Assembly: GCA_035250975.1 (NCBI GenBank)
Contig: DATFEP010000064.1
Location: 1 to 64,000 of the forward strand
Origin: Nitrososphaeraceae archaeon
GTDB lineage: Archaea; Thermoproteota; Nitrososphaeria; Nitrososphaerales; Nitrososphaeraceae
Reading direction: 5' to 3'
Length of the DNA stretch: 64,000 nt
Made by a program: the position numbers and the translations under genes. The notes under the pieces were generated by a model, which worked only from the letters and a program-made list of their open reading frames with translations, was not told the origin of the DNA and did no database searches. This document shows, piece after piece, positions 1 through 10,190 of this stretch (position 1 is the first letter of the stretch; every line of letters starts with the position of its first letter).

Positions 1-746
1 CGTCCTTTTATTCCAGCCGTCCAAACAGAGACTGCAGAATCTACCTTTGTGTCATCTTTTAGGATAACGTAAGAGGGGCCTACTTCTTTTATTGGATTGT
101 TAGTTACTATCCTGATTCCTCTTGTTATTAAGAAATTTTTAATTTCTGAAATAAGTTTGAGATCCCATCCTGGAAGGATATCTTCTTGTGCTTCAATTAC
201 TGTGACCTTGAATGAAGATATATATTCATCGGTCAGAGCACCTGCTAGACTGATTCCAGTTGCGCCTCCCCCACAGATAACAATATTTGATTGCGACGGG
301 ATCTCCTCTAATTTTTTACGCAAGGTTATAGCATCATCAAGTGACCTAAAAGAAAAAGCATTTTCCTGCGCACCTTTGATGTTAAAATAAGCATTTGACG
401 ATCCCAGAGCAATTATGATATAATCAAATTTGTATTCCTGCTTTCTTGAATTTTTTGCATTGTCATTCAGGGTTGTTGTAATTACTTTATTATCAAGATC
501 TAAACTCAATACAGATTCATTGATAAAGGATATTTCGTTCTTCAATAACTCGTTAATAGAAAAAGATATGTCCTCAGGTTTTTTAACACCCGCAGAAACT
601 AGATGTATTTGTTGTAGTAATTGATGGTAAGGATTTTTATCAAAGACCGTGATGTGAAATTTCTTTTCTTCATTTCCACTAGCCAACAAATTGGCGGCTG
701 AAAATAACCCTGCATATCCAGCTCCGGCAACCGCAACTTTTTTCAA
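1..746 (-). CDS. FAD/NAD(P)-dependent oxidoreductase, type II NADH dehydrogenase-like (runs off the window edge)
   Basis: Not in the ORF track because it is truncated. Manual translation from TTG at 746 gives MKKVAVAGAGYAG (FAD Rossmann motif). A second motif, IVICGGGATGISLAG, lies at about 240-290. Confidence 0.8.
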   Translation of the reverse strand, partial: MKKVAVAGAGYAGLFSAANLLASGNEEKKFHITVFDKNPYHQLLQQIHLVSAGVKKPEDISFSINELLKNEISFINESVLSLDLDNKVITTTLNDNAKNSRKQEYKFDYIIIALGSSNAYFNIKGAQENAFSFRSLDDAITLRKKLEEIPSQSNIVICGGGATGISLAGALTDEYISSFKVTVIEAQEDILPGWDLKLISEIKNFLITRGIRIVTNNPIKEVGPSYVILKDDTKVDSAVSVWTAGIKG

Positions 747-1235
747 TCAAATCACATAAAATTATGTATTTATTATATTCCTTTTTATAATTTCAGATGA
801 ATTATTAGTACTATATAATTTGAAAGAATGAGATTTAATGTTACTAACAGAGATTCGTGTAAATACTATCATTATTATCTTTATTATTCTTTTTTTACTA
901 GATAAAAGTTTTGATAATAGCTATTTGTTCTCAAGATATTTCATAAAACTTTAACTAGAATATGAAGGAGATCTATAAAATTAATTCAGAATTTTTAACC
1001 CATGCAAATTTATATTATTACGTTAGAAGTTTCAAACTAAAATAGCTGTTGAATATTATTTCTTGCATACCTATGAAAATTGATACTATCGCGTAAAATG
1101 TTTACAACGATAAATCAACAAAATGAATTTTCTACATGACTGTGCATCAAAACAAACCAGTTGTATATATAATTCAATAAAGATCTTAGTTTATTTTAGT
1201 CGATCTATGATTTTTTTAAAAGATTGATTATATCC

Positions 1236-1958
1236 CTAAATATGCATAAATTTGAAACTTTTATTATTTGTCTCTTTTAAGAAGCTATAAATGTCAATCA
1301 GAATGTTACTAAAATCTTTTATATCTAATTCTGATGAAAAAGTATCATCCTTGTCTTTATCTGGACCAACATTTTGAAACGCATTAATATTAAAATCTTT
1401 TTCATTCAAGTTATCATTTACAGGATAAAGAATATTGTTTTTTTCTGAATCACTATTTCTATATAAAACATAATTTGTATATTTAGGCGGGATGGGTATT
1501 GTGGAGACTATCCAAATATTATTAGTATGTGGTTGTATTCTCTCAATATTTTTCAAATCTTCTAAAGGGAAACCACCCTTGTAAAATTTTATTATAACAG
1601 AATTCTTTGGTTTGGTTTTCAATGTACGTAGATCTGGAATCACTATATCGATCTCTTGATTGTTAAATGTGATTTTTCTCTGTGATGGATATCCGGATGC
1701 TGTGAGTAGAAAATGAAGCAATGCTTCGCACAAAACAATTAATTCAACTTCTTCCTCTTTCTTGTCCTCACCGTTTTTATCGTTGTACTCAACATAATCA
1801 AGGTGTTTTTCTTCGGAATCTTTGAATCTGAATAATACGCGTTGCAATATGTTTAAGATGATTTTTTTTGAATTAAAGGAGTCTTTGTTTAACTCGATAT
1901 GAATTTTCTCTTTTCCGATTTGATCCAAAGTATCATAAAGCATTTCCTTGATATCCAT
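1236..1958 (-). CDS. hypothetical protein
   Basis: 240-aa ORF with no motif I can assign confidently. Confidence 0.6.
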   Translation of the reverse strand: MDIKEMLYDTLDQIGKEKIHIELNKDSFNSKKIILNILQRVLFRFKDSEEKHLDYVEYNDKNGEDKKEEEVELIVLCEALLHFLLTASGYPSQRKITFNNQEIDIVIPDLRTLKTKPKNSVIIKFYKGGFPLEDLKNIERIQPHTNNIWIVSTIPIPPKYTNYVLYRNSDSEKNNILYPVNDNLNEKDFNINAFQNVGPDKDKDDTFSSELDIKDFSNILIDIYSFLKETNNKSFKFMHI

Positions 1959-2006
1959 AAAAGGATTTATTGATAGGTTTATTAAATATCTTGATATAGA
2001 AAAAAT

Positions 2007-2426
2007 ATGGCTAAGATAGCGGTCATATTATTATATATTTCACTTGCTTTACTCATAATATACGGCTTAGATACCTTTGTGGCTTCTTTGAAACAACCAC
2101 AATTAGATGGCTCTCCAGGAACTGGATTTTTACCGATGAATGAGGCGGCTCGCGGAGCAATATTTGGCGCAGGCGCAGTAATTCTTTCTATAATCGGATT
2201 TGTAATCGGCAGAAAAGAGCCCTCAAAAGCGATCTCTATCCTGTTGCTTGTCAACGGATTTCTTATCATCTTGGGAATGATAATGGTCATGGCCATGAAT
2301 ATAGTTACAGCTAGTGAAGAGTCTGCAAGAACAATTGGCTCTACCATGTTGCTGGGTGGATTACTTATTGGATTAGGAATAGCAAAAATGATAGTGGATA
2401 AGAGAAAAATGCAAATATCAAAATAA
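2007..2426 (+). CDS. small membrane protein (about 4 TM helices)
   Basis: 139-aa ORF with four hydrophobic Gly-rich segments. Confidence 0.7.
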   Translation: MAKIAVILLYISLALLIIYGLDTFVASLKQPQLDGSPGTGFLPMNEAARGAIFGAGAVILSIIGFVIGRKEPSKAISILLLVNGFLIILGMIMVMAMNIVTASEESARTIGSTMLLGGLLIGLGIAKMIVDKRKMQISK

Positions 2427-2669
2427 GATTTTTTTTATAATTTTTTACATTTAGGAAACAAATTTCATCTTATTATTTTGATATGTCTTTTCTTCCCAAG
2501 AACTATTACATGTTTTTTGATGTATTTAATATTGGTTCCATAGATATGAAGGAAATCTCTAGAGATGGTGCAATTTAGATCCTATATAGAAAGAAAATAA
2601 TTAATTTTTCGACCAATGCTATATTTAATTGGAATCTTACCAAGAAGCGGTAGATAAAGACAGGTGTTT

Positions 2670-3032
2670 TTAATCGAATACTATAGCATCTAGTGAGATT
2701 GCATCAGCCAATAAATCCTGATGTCGAGACGAAACAATATATCCGTTTTTGATCTCGTGCGGAGATATCCACCTATTTGAAGAGGAATAATGTCTTTCTT
2801 TTCTTACTTTGTTTTCAAGTTCTTCGACATCGAGTTCTATTTCTTCAATTTCCTGAGTATCCAAGTGTTTAGAGATTAACAATATTTTTCTTACAAGAAC
2901 CCTCCTTCCAAATCTGATTGAATGATCTCTTGCATTTTCGTCAATATCGACTAACTTGATTTTCATTTGATATTTATTGAGAGCATCTCTACTTGTCAAC
3001 ATTCTTTCGTCGACAAATCTGTCGTTACCCAA
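2670..3032 (-). CDS. hypothetical protein
   Basis: 120-aa ORF with TTG start and globular composition. Confidence 0.65.
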   Translation of the reverse strand: MGNDRFVDERMLTSRDALNKYQMKIKLVDIDENARDHSIRFGRRVLVRKILLISKHLDTQEIEEIELDVEELENKVRKERHYSSSNRWISPHEIKNGYIVSSRHQDLLADAISLDAIVFD

Positions 3033-3108
3033 ATCAATATTAGGATAACTTCGTTTGATATATTAATTAAACTGTACTAGCAATCCTTTGTTCTTCCCTT
3101 TTTTAATA

Positions 3109-3618
3109 TTACTTTTTGACTGGTTTGAATTTATAGAATATTTTATCACAAGAAAAACCACATTTTTTGATTTTTACATAAGTGATTTGAGAATCTTGAG
3201 ATTTTTCCTCACATTTTGTCATATTTGTCTTTTTTGTCACATTTGTTCTAAATGGATCATCGCGCTTTTTTATATCAATTGAGCCTAAAAGTTTTACTCC
3301 GTTGAATTCAACTAATGCAATAACATCTTCATTAGTGATATCACTGTTAGAATTTTCTTTTATCATTTTTTTTTCTATATTCATATATGAATGAAAAATG
3401 TCAATCAATTTCCCTTTTTCGTTTTCAAGATTTATTAGTTCTAATTTATTGAAACATTTTATACAATAGTCAACCGGGGGCCAGATATTTTTTTTGCAAT
3501 AACGACAATATGGTAAAACGAAATTTCCTTTTTTTATATTGGCAATAAATTGTTGGTAATTTCCAGAATTTGGATCTATGTAACTTTGGTCGTTGAAAGA
3601 TGTCTTATCCACTTTCAT
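3109..3618 (-). CDS. DUF35 Zn-ribbon/OB-fold protein (thiolase partner)
   Basis: CRYC...PP...CIKC Zn ribbon followed by an OB-like region; directly downstream of the thiolase. Confidence 0.8.
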   Translation of the reverse strand: MKVDKTSFNDQSYIDPNSGNYQQFIANIKKGNFVLPYCRYCKKNIWPPVDYCIKCFNKLELINLENEKGKLIDIFHSYMNIEKKMIKENSNSDITNEDVIALVEFNGVKLLGSIDIKKRDDPFRTNVTKKTNMTKCEEKSQDSQITYVKIKKCGFSCDKIFYKFKPVKK

Positions 3619-3643
3619 TTTATCTGTCTGTCTTTTAGTACCC

Positions 3644-5053
3644 TTATTTTTCTAGGATCAAAACTGACGCAGATGTTCCTGCGGCTGCCAAATTATGAAT
3701 GAGACCTAATTTAATATCCGACTTTATTTGTCTGCTAATGTTTTTTTCTTTCTTTACTTTTACTTTTGGAGTATTAAAAGTATAACCGCTGTCTTTAAAA
3801 CCTGATTCATGGATATGGATTCTGTTGTTGTAACTAGGGTCAATATCATCATCATCAATCTGTCTCGATAATTGTTTAAAAATTTCTACAGTCTGTGCTA
3901 TTCCTGTTGCACCCAAAGCGTGACCACATCCAATTATCCCACCTCTTGGATTAACATATATATTCAATTCTTGTTTTTCAACAAACTTACCTCCCTTACC
4001 TTTCTGAACAAATCCAAGATCTTCATATGCCATGATTTCAAGAATAGAAAACGCATCATGTAATTCAACTACGTCAATATGATTTGGCGTAATTTTTGCC
4101 ATTTCATAAGCCTGTTGTGCCGCAATTTTGGCAGGACTCGATCCAAAATTTTCTTCAACCGCATTACTAAAGCTAGCAGAAGTAGTTTGTTGTCCTATCC
4201 CCTTTATCGATACTGGAATAAGTGTTTTTTCTTTAGCAATTTTATTTTCTTTAACTTTACTTGAATTATGAGAACGATTACCATCAAAAAATGAGTTTCC
4301 AGTTCCATGAAGGTCATCACCAGAAAAAAGTTTGGATGTAAAAAGAGGTATTTTTTCATCTGCAACAAGCAAAATCGATGAGGCACCTTCACATATTGAA
4401 CAACATTCTAATAATCGCAAAGGCTCTACAAGCATTTTTGAATTCATTACATCTGTGAGAGTAATTTCCTTTCCTCTGTTGACCGCATTGTTATTATTTC
4501 TCGCTTTTGAATAGTTATTAACTGGGATCATACAAATTTGTTCCTCTTTTGTTCCATATTTTTTCATATGCATTTTTTTAAAAATAGCCCCCCAGTATAC
4601 AGGTAATGCAAATTGTCCTCTGGACAAATCACTCTGCAAAATCTTACCAGGTGAATCTGCCATTTCTGCACCAATTACAAGAGCAGAATCGCATAATCCT
4701 GAAGAGATATATGAAAATGCTGAGATAATCGCATTTGTGCCAGAGTTACAGAGATTATCTAACCTATGTGATATTTTCGGTCTGATTCCAAGAATTTCAG
4801 CAATGATACTAGAAAGATATTGATTTGGAGCGCAAGATGAAAAGATTACTGCATCTATAAGATTTCTAGGAAATCCGGTGTTTTTTAGAAGTTTGATAGT
4901 AGGTTCTAGTGCAATCTGAATTATATTGTTATGTGTATCTGTTTGACGATTATCTTCATCATAGTTATCTTTGGAATTTCTATTTTTAATGTTTCTCTTC
5001 CTAGGTCTCCTGAACTCCGATGTTTCACCAGCCAGAATTGAAACTTTTCTCAC
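3644..5053 (-). CDS. thiolase family protein (acetyl-CoA acetyltransferase, SCP2-thiolase-like)
   Basis: NLCNSG catalytic Cys, ELHDAF, NPRGG..GHALGATG. Confidence 0.88.
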   Translation of the reverse strand: MRKVSILAGETSEFRRPRKRNIKNRNSKDNYDEDNRQTDTHNNIIQIALEPTIKLLKNTGFPRNLIDAVIFSSCAPNQYLSSIIAEILGIRPKISHRLDNLCNSGTNAIISAFSYISSGLCDSALVIGAEMADSPGKILQSDLSRGQFALPVYWGAIFKKMHMKKYGTKEEQICMIPVNNYSKARNNNNAVNRGKEITLTDVMNSKMLVEPLRLLECCSICEGASSILLVADEKIPLFTSKLFSGDDLHGTGNSFFDGNRSHNSSKVKENKIAKEKTLIPVSIKGIGQQTTSASFSNAVEENFGSSPAKIAAQQAYEMAKITPNHIDVVELHDAFSILEIMAYEDLGFVQKGKGGKFVEKQELNIYVNPRGGIIGCGHALGATGIAQTVEIFKQLSRQIDDDDIDPSYNNRIHIHESGFKDSGYTFNTPKVKVKKEKNISRQIKSDIKLGLIHNLAAAGTSASVLILEK

Positions 5054-5055
5054 TA

Positions 5056-6123
5056 CTAAAAAGTTGATAATAATTCCATAATTGAACTTTCTGGATCTTT
5101 TCCTACAGGATTTATCTGAATTATAGGTAAGGTTATTCCAGTATTTACAAACATTTCTAGAGATTTTCTACATTCTTCTTTACTTCCACATATTGTTAGC
5201 GTTTCGAGCATCCTATCAGATACAAATCTGTGGATATTCTCAATTCCATTCTTTTTGTATTCCTCTGTAATATTATTAACTTCATATTCATAGCCCGTTT
5301 TTAGTAGAAACCTACTATAGTACTTACCCACAGCCACATAGAAAGCAAGAGTTTTTGCCGCTCTTTCTCTTGCTTTGTCTGGTTCTTTGTCAGATACAGC
5401 AGTTATGAAAGCACAACAAATCTCAAAATTTCTTTTTTGTTTTGATTCGTAATCTTCTTTAATATTTTTTATACCATTTTCACCAAATTTTTCATGGTAA
5501 TTACCCACATTTTTTTTCTCAGAAATCTTACTTAAAATACGATCTACTGCGTTTTTTAATTCGTTCTTTGACCTGAGATACAACAATATTCCATCTGAAA
5601 GTTCACAGGATAAGTCTATCATACCATTATTTACAGCAGCAGTATAAATCGGGATATTTTCCCTTTGAGGTTTGAAGAGTATTTTAAAATCATTTATCTT
5701 AAAATATTTTCCTTCAAATTTTACTTTTGAACCCTTCATTATCATTCTGATGCATTCAATATATTCTCTCATTTTTTCGAAAGGATTGTCAAATTTAATT
5801 CCATGCCAATTTTCTACTAATGCGGGTGTGCTCACACCAAGTCCTAGAATGGACCTGTTATTAGACAATATATCAAGAGTAGAAATAGCCATTGCCACCG
5901 TGGCAGGTGTCCTAGAATGAATGCTAACTATTCCAGTACCTAGTTTTACTTTATTTGTGACCTGGGATAGGGCGCCCAACGATACAAAAGCCTCGCGGCC
6001 CCAAGATTCTGGAACCCATAATGAATGTACATTTGTTTTTTCTTCAACTTTCTTTGCAAAACCTAATATAGATTCGACAGAAAGAAGCGTCCCAATATTA
6101 TAACCGATTTTATCAATCAACAT
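5056..6123 (-). CDS. LLM-class (luciferase-like, probably F420-dependent) oxidoreductase
   Basis: LWVPESWGREAF, KLGTGIV, LGLGVS motifs of the Mer/LLM family. Confidence 0.85.
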   Translation of the reverse strand: MLIDKIGYNIGTLLSVESILGFAKKVEEKTNVHSLWVPESWGREAFVSLGALSQVTNKVKLGTGIVSIHSRTPATVAMAISTLDILSNNRSILGLGVSTPALVENWHGIKFDNPFEKMREYIECIRMIMKGSKVKFEGKYFKINDFKILFKPQRENIPIYTAAVNNGMIDLSCELSDGILLYLRSKNELKNAVDRILSKISEKKNVGNYHEKFGENGIKNIKEDYESKQKRNFEICCAFITAVSDKEPDKARERAAKTLAFYVAVGKYYSRFLLKTGYEYEVNNITEEYKKNGIENIHRFVSDRMLETLTICGSKEECRKSLEMFVNTGITLPIIQINPVGKDPESSIMELLSTF

Positions 6124-6135
6124 AAATACATTATA

Positions 6136-6822
6136 TTATGTTGGATTATTATCTAGCTCTTTCGCAGCTTCATCGATATCTTTATGGGAGTCAATAGATC
6201 TCCAAAATATATCGATAAACCGGATTCCTTTTAGTTTACCATCCTTTGCCATGGCCGGTAAAGCAGTAGTCTCTATGTTTCCATTATCGGGTAAATATTC
6301 GAAAATTTCCTTTGTGAAATAATACACTCCTGCATTTATCCACTTGTCAGGAATTTCAGGTTTTTCATCAAATCCGATTACATCAGAATTTTTATCTATA
6401 TTTACTACACCATAAGGACTTCTTAGGGGAACAAGCGCAATACTAGATTTATTTTCTTTACACAAACGATGTGGATCGAGATTTGTCAATATGTCTCCAT
6501 TAGTCATAAAGAATCCATTATCAGTCGAACCGGTCAGCAAACTGGAAGTATTTTTTAGTGCTCCACCCGTTCCCAAAGGAGTGTCTTCTACTACATAACC
6601 TATTTTGATCCCAAATTTGTTTCCACTTCCTAGATAATCTATAATTGTTTCTTTGAGATATCCTAAACAAATAATTATTTCATCAATATTATGTTTTTTA
6701 AACCATCTAATTTGCCATTCTAATATAGGTTTATTAAGCACCTCTATCATTGGTTTAGGTCTGTCATTGGTCAGCGGTTTAAGTCGCTTTCCTAAACCTC
6801 CGGCTAGAATTACGGCCTTCAT
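6136..6822 (-). CDS. sugar-phosphate nucleotidyltransferase
   Basis: AVILAGGLGKRLKPLT..PKPM, PLGTGGAL, NGD, EKP. Confidence 0.9.
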   Translation of the reverse strand: MKAVILAGGLGKRLKPLTNDRPKPMIEVLNKPILEWQIRWFKKHNIDEIIICLGYLKETIIDYLGSGNKFGIKIGYVVEDTPLGTGGALKNTSSLLTGSTDNGFFMTNGDILTNLDPHRLCKENKSSIALVPLRSPYGVVNIDKNSDVIGFDEKPEIPDKWINAGVYYFTKEIFEYLPDNGNIETTALPAMAKDGKLKGIRFIDIFWRSIDSHKDIDEAAKELDNNPT

Positions 6823-7183
6823 TGGAATACAATCTTTTGTAGATTATAAAAGATTAACTGATTAATTTTATTATAATATCCTCTATAAAATAATCTTTCG
6901 TTTTGTTTAATATAAATCTTATAATATATTATATTTTTTTTCGAAAAAATAAAGTAAAAAACGAACCAAAATTCAAAATATAAAATAATAAAATAATACA
7001 AACAAGTCTGATTAGACACATATATGGTAAACATTTTTTTAAAAATAAATAAAAACACACAATATTAAGAAAATAAAATTATTGGGTTATTGTACGATTT
7101 TAAGTCACTTTCGATGTAAAAACTCAATCTAATGTAAAAAATATTGAATTATAAAATGGTTAATAAAATTCAAAAAAATTAAA

Positions 7184-7287
7184 CGCCGCTGATCAGACTC
7201 GAACTGATGACCCACTGGTTAACAGCCAGCTAAGCTCCGGAACGAAAAACGCTTCGGATTTGCTCTACCATGCTGAGCTACAGCGGC
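7184..7287 (-). tRNA. tRNA-Asn(GTT) with a 30-nt intron at non-canonical position 27/28 (intron 7230-7259)
   Basis: Acceptor GCCGCTG/CAGCGGC, D arm GCTC/GAGC, T arm ATCAG-TTCGAGT-CTGAT. Removing 7230-7259 restores the anticodon arm ACTGG-CTGTTAA-CCAGT. Confidence 0.92.
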
Positions 7288-7539
7288 ATTCAAATATTTT
7301 TTTTTATATCAGAATAAAAATGTTTTCTTATTTGTTGATTTTATTACTTTTCAAATTCGCCTATGGTTACACAATATTGAAAAGTTGGATGAGAATACTG
7401 GAAAATCAAATATTTATTTTTTGATCAAATTCATACAACTTTTATCCATTCTTTACAGGTTTTAAATAAAATAAAATTTTTGGTCCTAAATATATTTAAA
7501 AAGAGTAAATTGGAATTCTTTTGCAATCACGACAGAAAT

Positions 7540-8094
7540 TTATTCCATTCCTTCTTCTTTTGAAAAAAGATATACTCCATCCAGAAAAACACGTGAATCT
7601 TTGTTCTTTATCTTGGTTGAAGATTCAATATTGGAAGCAGTCTGAGAAACATTTTCAAGGCTGGGTCCTTTAACAATAACATCTTCGCCATTTACAGTTA
7701 CTTGGGTAGTTTCACCGACAATTTTTGACACCCTTGAAGATCTCTCGCCAAAATAATTATCAACTATTACTTGTTTATCTTTGACTTTAACAGTTATCGG
7801 AAAGTGTGAAAATACTATTTTTAGTTTGTAAGTAAACCCTACTTCAACACCCTTTATCATGCTTGAAATTACACTTCTTACTGTATTTGCCAATGCAAGA
7901 TCTTTTTTTCTTTTGCCAGGTGGTTGAATCACTATTTTGTTATCCTCAAAGAGTAAAGTAGTAGGAATTTTTGTAAAATCCTTGCTTAGTTTTCCTTTCT
8001 TCCCTTCAACTATTAATATATTTCCTTCTTTAGTGACTTTAGTATCTTCAGGAATAATGACCTCAGCAGATGGTTTATTTTCACTAGTAGACAT
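7540..8094 (-). CDS. rpl6: 50S ribosomal protein uL6
   Basis: LKIVFSHFP, NYFGE, KDSRVFLDGVY; follows S8. Confidence 0.95.
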   Translation of the reverse strand: MSTSENKPSAEVIIPEDTKVTKEGNILIVEGKKGKLSKDFTKIPTTLLFEDNKIVIQPPGKRKKDLALANTVRSVISSMIKGVEVGFTYKLKIVFSHFPITVKVKDKQVIVDNYFGERSSRVSKIVGETTQVTVNGEDVIVKGPSLENVSQTASNIESSTKIKNKDSRVFLDGVYLFSKEEGME

Positions 8095-8476
8095 AACCTA
8101 TCAAAACTCCCCCTAACCCTTGAATTTGTGCATCATGATGGGACATGATTCCTTTACTGGTTGATACAAGTAAAAGTCCAACGTTATATGCAGGTAAAAA
8201 TTGTCTTTCCCAGTTTAGATATTCATCTTTTTTAAGATTATATCTAGGAGTGATAATTCCACATTTATTTATCTTTGCAAGCAACTGTATCCTAAATTTA
8301 CCCATTCTATTATCGTCGATTTGTTCAAACTCTCCAATAAATCGATACTTTTGTAATACGCGTAAAATCTCGCTAGCAAATTTTGAAGACGGAGAGACAA
8401 GACATTCTTTTTTTCTTCTTGCCTCATTGTTATATAGAGTGGTAAACAAATTCGACACAACGTTTAATGCTGGCAT
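8084..8476 (-). CDS. rps8: 30S ribosomal protein uS8
   Basis: INKCGIITPR, LVSTSKGIMSH, GGVLIGYVY. Confidence 0.95.
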   Translation of the reverse strand: MPALNVVSNLFTTLYNNEARRKKECLVSPSSKFASEILRVLQKYRFIGEFEQIDDNRMGKFRIQLLAKINKCGIITPRYNLKKDEYLNWERQFLPAYNVGLLLVSTSKGIMSHHDAQIQGLGGVLIGYVY

Positions 8477-8588
8477 TTAGACGAATTCATCTCCATTTAA
8501 GGATATTATTGTCTTATTTATTTTCATGTTCTTCTTATTTATATATAGATTATTTCTTGAAATCATATCTACATCAATACCACGAAAA

Positions 8589-8768
8589 TCATTCATATTT
8601 TTTGAAACCCATACCATTAGCAACATCTCTGAAGCATTGTCTACACAACATGATATCATATTTTTGTATTAATCCATTATATGAACCACATTTTTTACAC
8701 CATCTATTTCCTTTTCCATGCGGAACCTTTTTTCTGCCAGTTTCCGCATAATCACGAGGCTTTGGCAT
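8589..8768 (-). CDS. rps14: 30S ribosomal protein uS14 (Zn-binding, 59 aa)
   Basis: Below the ORF-track cutoff. Manual translation MPKPRDYAETGRKKVPHGKGNRWCKKCGSYNGLIQKYDIMLCRQCFRDVANGMGFKKYE has two CxxC pairs and sits between L5 and S8. Confidence 0.93.
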   Translation of the reverse strand: MPKPRDYAETGRKKVPHGKGNRWCKKCGSYNGLIQKYDIMLCRQCFRDVANGMGFKKYE

Positions 8769-8769
8769 C

Positions 8770-9345
8770 TTAAATTACTTCAACTCCAAATTTTTGTTGA
8801 AAGAATATTACAGATTCTTCTGGGGTAATTCGATGAAACTTACCTATCTTGTCTGGATTTCTTCTTTTAGCTATTCTGTAACCAGGCCTTTTTAACGAGA
8901 CACACACATCCATTCCAAAAATGCCAATATCGGGGTTATATTTTATCCCGGGAATATCGATATGTTCTTTAATTCCTATGGAAATATTTCCGTTTGTATC
9001 AATTGATGATCTATTAATTGTATTTGATTTTGAAGAGAATATTCTTTTTATGAATTCTATAGCATTATCTCGTCTTAATGTAACCATGGTTCCTATTGGT
9101 TCTCCTTTATGTATTCCAAAATCTCTAACAGATTTTTTTGCGCCTCTAACACTTGGTTCTTGTCCAGTCAAATCCTTTAGGGCCATTTTAGCTCTTTCTA
9201 TGGGATCACCAGACTTGCCTACACCAATATTAATCACAACTTTCTCTATCTCAATCACTCTCATGTCGATTATTTTTTTTGAATTCGTATTATTCATCTG
9301 TTCGTTATTTTCTTTATTATCTAATGTTTCAGTCATTTTTTTCAC
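8770..9345 (-). CDS. rpl5: 50S ribosomal protein uL5
   Basis: KVVINIGVG, FGIHKGEPIG, YNPDIGIFGMD; the start may be the ATG at 9336. Confidence 0.95.
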   Translation of the reverse strand: MKKMTETLDNKENNEQMNNTNSKKIIDMRVIEIEKVVINIGVGKSGDPIERAKMALKDLTGQEPSVRGAKKSVRDFGIHKGEPIGTMVTLRRDNAIEFIKRIFSSKSNTINRSSIDTNGNISIGIKEHIDIPGIKYNPDIGIFGMDVCVSLKRPGYRIAKRRNPDKIGKFHRITPEESVIFFQQKFGVEVI

Positions 9346-10068
9346 CTAACTCACCTTAATTCTAGGATTTTCGTTCTCATTTCCTATAACCATAATCATC
9401 TCTATCGGTATTTCCAAATTTTTCGATTCAAAAGATGCTATAACACGTTTTGGCAGTGAAAACGTTCCTTCTTTTATTTCTTGCACCCTTCCTATTTTTC
9501 CAGCGTTATCGCCACGAGTTATCAATATTAAAGAATTATTTAATAATTTCAAGTGTTCAGCAATCTCGAGCTCGGGTGTTTTTAAAAGACATGAATCACC
9601 AACTTGTAGCATATTCTCTGAAATTTTAGTCTTGCCATCATGAAATCCGTATTGGATCTTATTTCCCTTTACAATATTCTTTCGAATTATTTTTACTAAT
9701 TTGAAATGTTTTTCATCTTCATTAATTTCGATTGGATGTAACAAGGAAGAATCCTTCGGAACCAATCTAAATACTTGTTTTGAGGGAATCAGTTCTATTG
9801 TATCCATCAAACCTACTGCAAAATTTGGATTATATCTTGGCACATTATCTACCCTTATTTTGCCATCATTGAGGATATCTTTTCCTTCTTTACTATTTTG
9901 AACAACTTTCAGTACATCCCTCAGTAAGACACCAAGGGCATAAGCATGATCTTTTGAATGCGTGCCCGGATGAATTTTTGGAATAAAACGTCCTTCTTTT
10001 CTTTTTATATCCCAAAACAAGGGAGCTGATTGTCTCTTGAGGGTTGTTTGTCCCCCTTTCTTACCCAT
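9346..10068 (-). CDS. rps4e: 30S ribosomal protein eS4
   Basis: LKRQSAP, PGTH, VGLMD, FHDG, GDNAGKIG. Confidence 0.95.
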   Translation of the reverse strand: MGKKGGQTTLKRQSAPLFWDIKRKEGRFIPKIHPGTHSKDHAYALGVLLRDVLKVVQNSKEGKDILNDGKIRVDNVPRYNPNFAVGLMDTIELIPSKQVFRLVPKDSSLLHPIEINEDEKHFKLVKIIRKNIVKGNKIQYGFHDGKTKISENMLQVGDSCLLKTPELEIAEHLKLLNNSLILITRGDNAGKIGRVQEIKEGTFSLPKRVIASFESKNLEIPIEMIMVIGNENENPRIKVS

Positions 10069-10190
10069 GAATTATCTGAAGCCTCCTAGAGATAATTTGT
10101 TGACATTTTCTAATCTATTTATTCTCATTAGTAGTATATTTTTATTGATACGATTGTTACGTAAATGATACTGACGGGATCTCACTATAA

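Noticed and set aside
97-624. Plus-strand ORFs 97-390 and 430-624
   Set aside because: Antisense shadows of the truncated minus-strand NDH-2 gene.
1982-2347. Minus-strand 121-aa ORF
   Set aside because: Shadow of the plus-strand membrane protein at 2007-2426.
6819-7058. 79-aa Phe/Tyr/Ile-rich ORF
   Set aside because: Composition reflects AT-rich intergenic DNA upstream of the nucleotidyltransferase.
8477-8751. ORFs 8477-8659 (-) and 8467-8751 (+)
   Set aside because: Off-frame or antisense to the real rps14 at 8589-8768.
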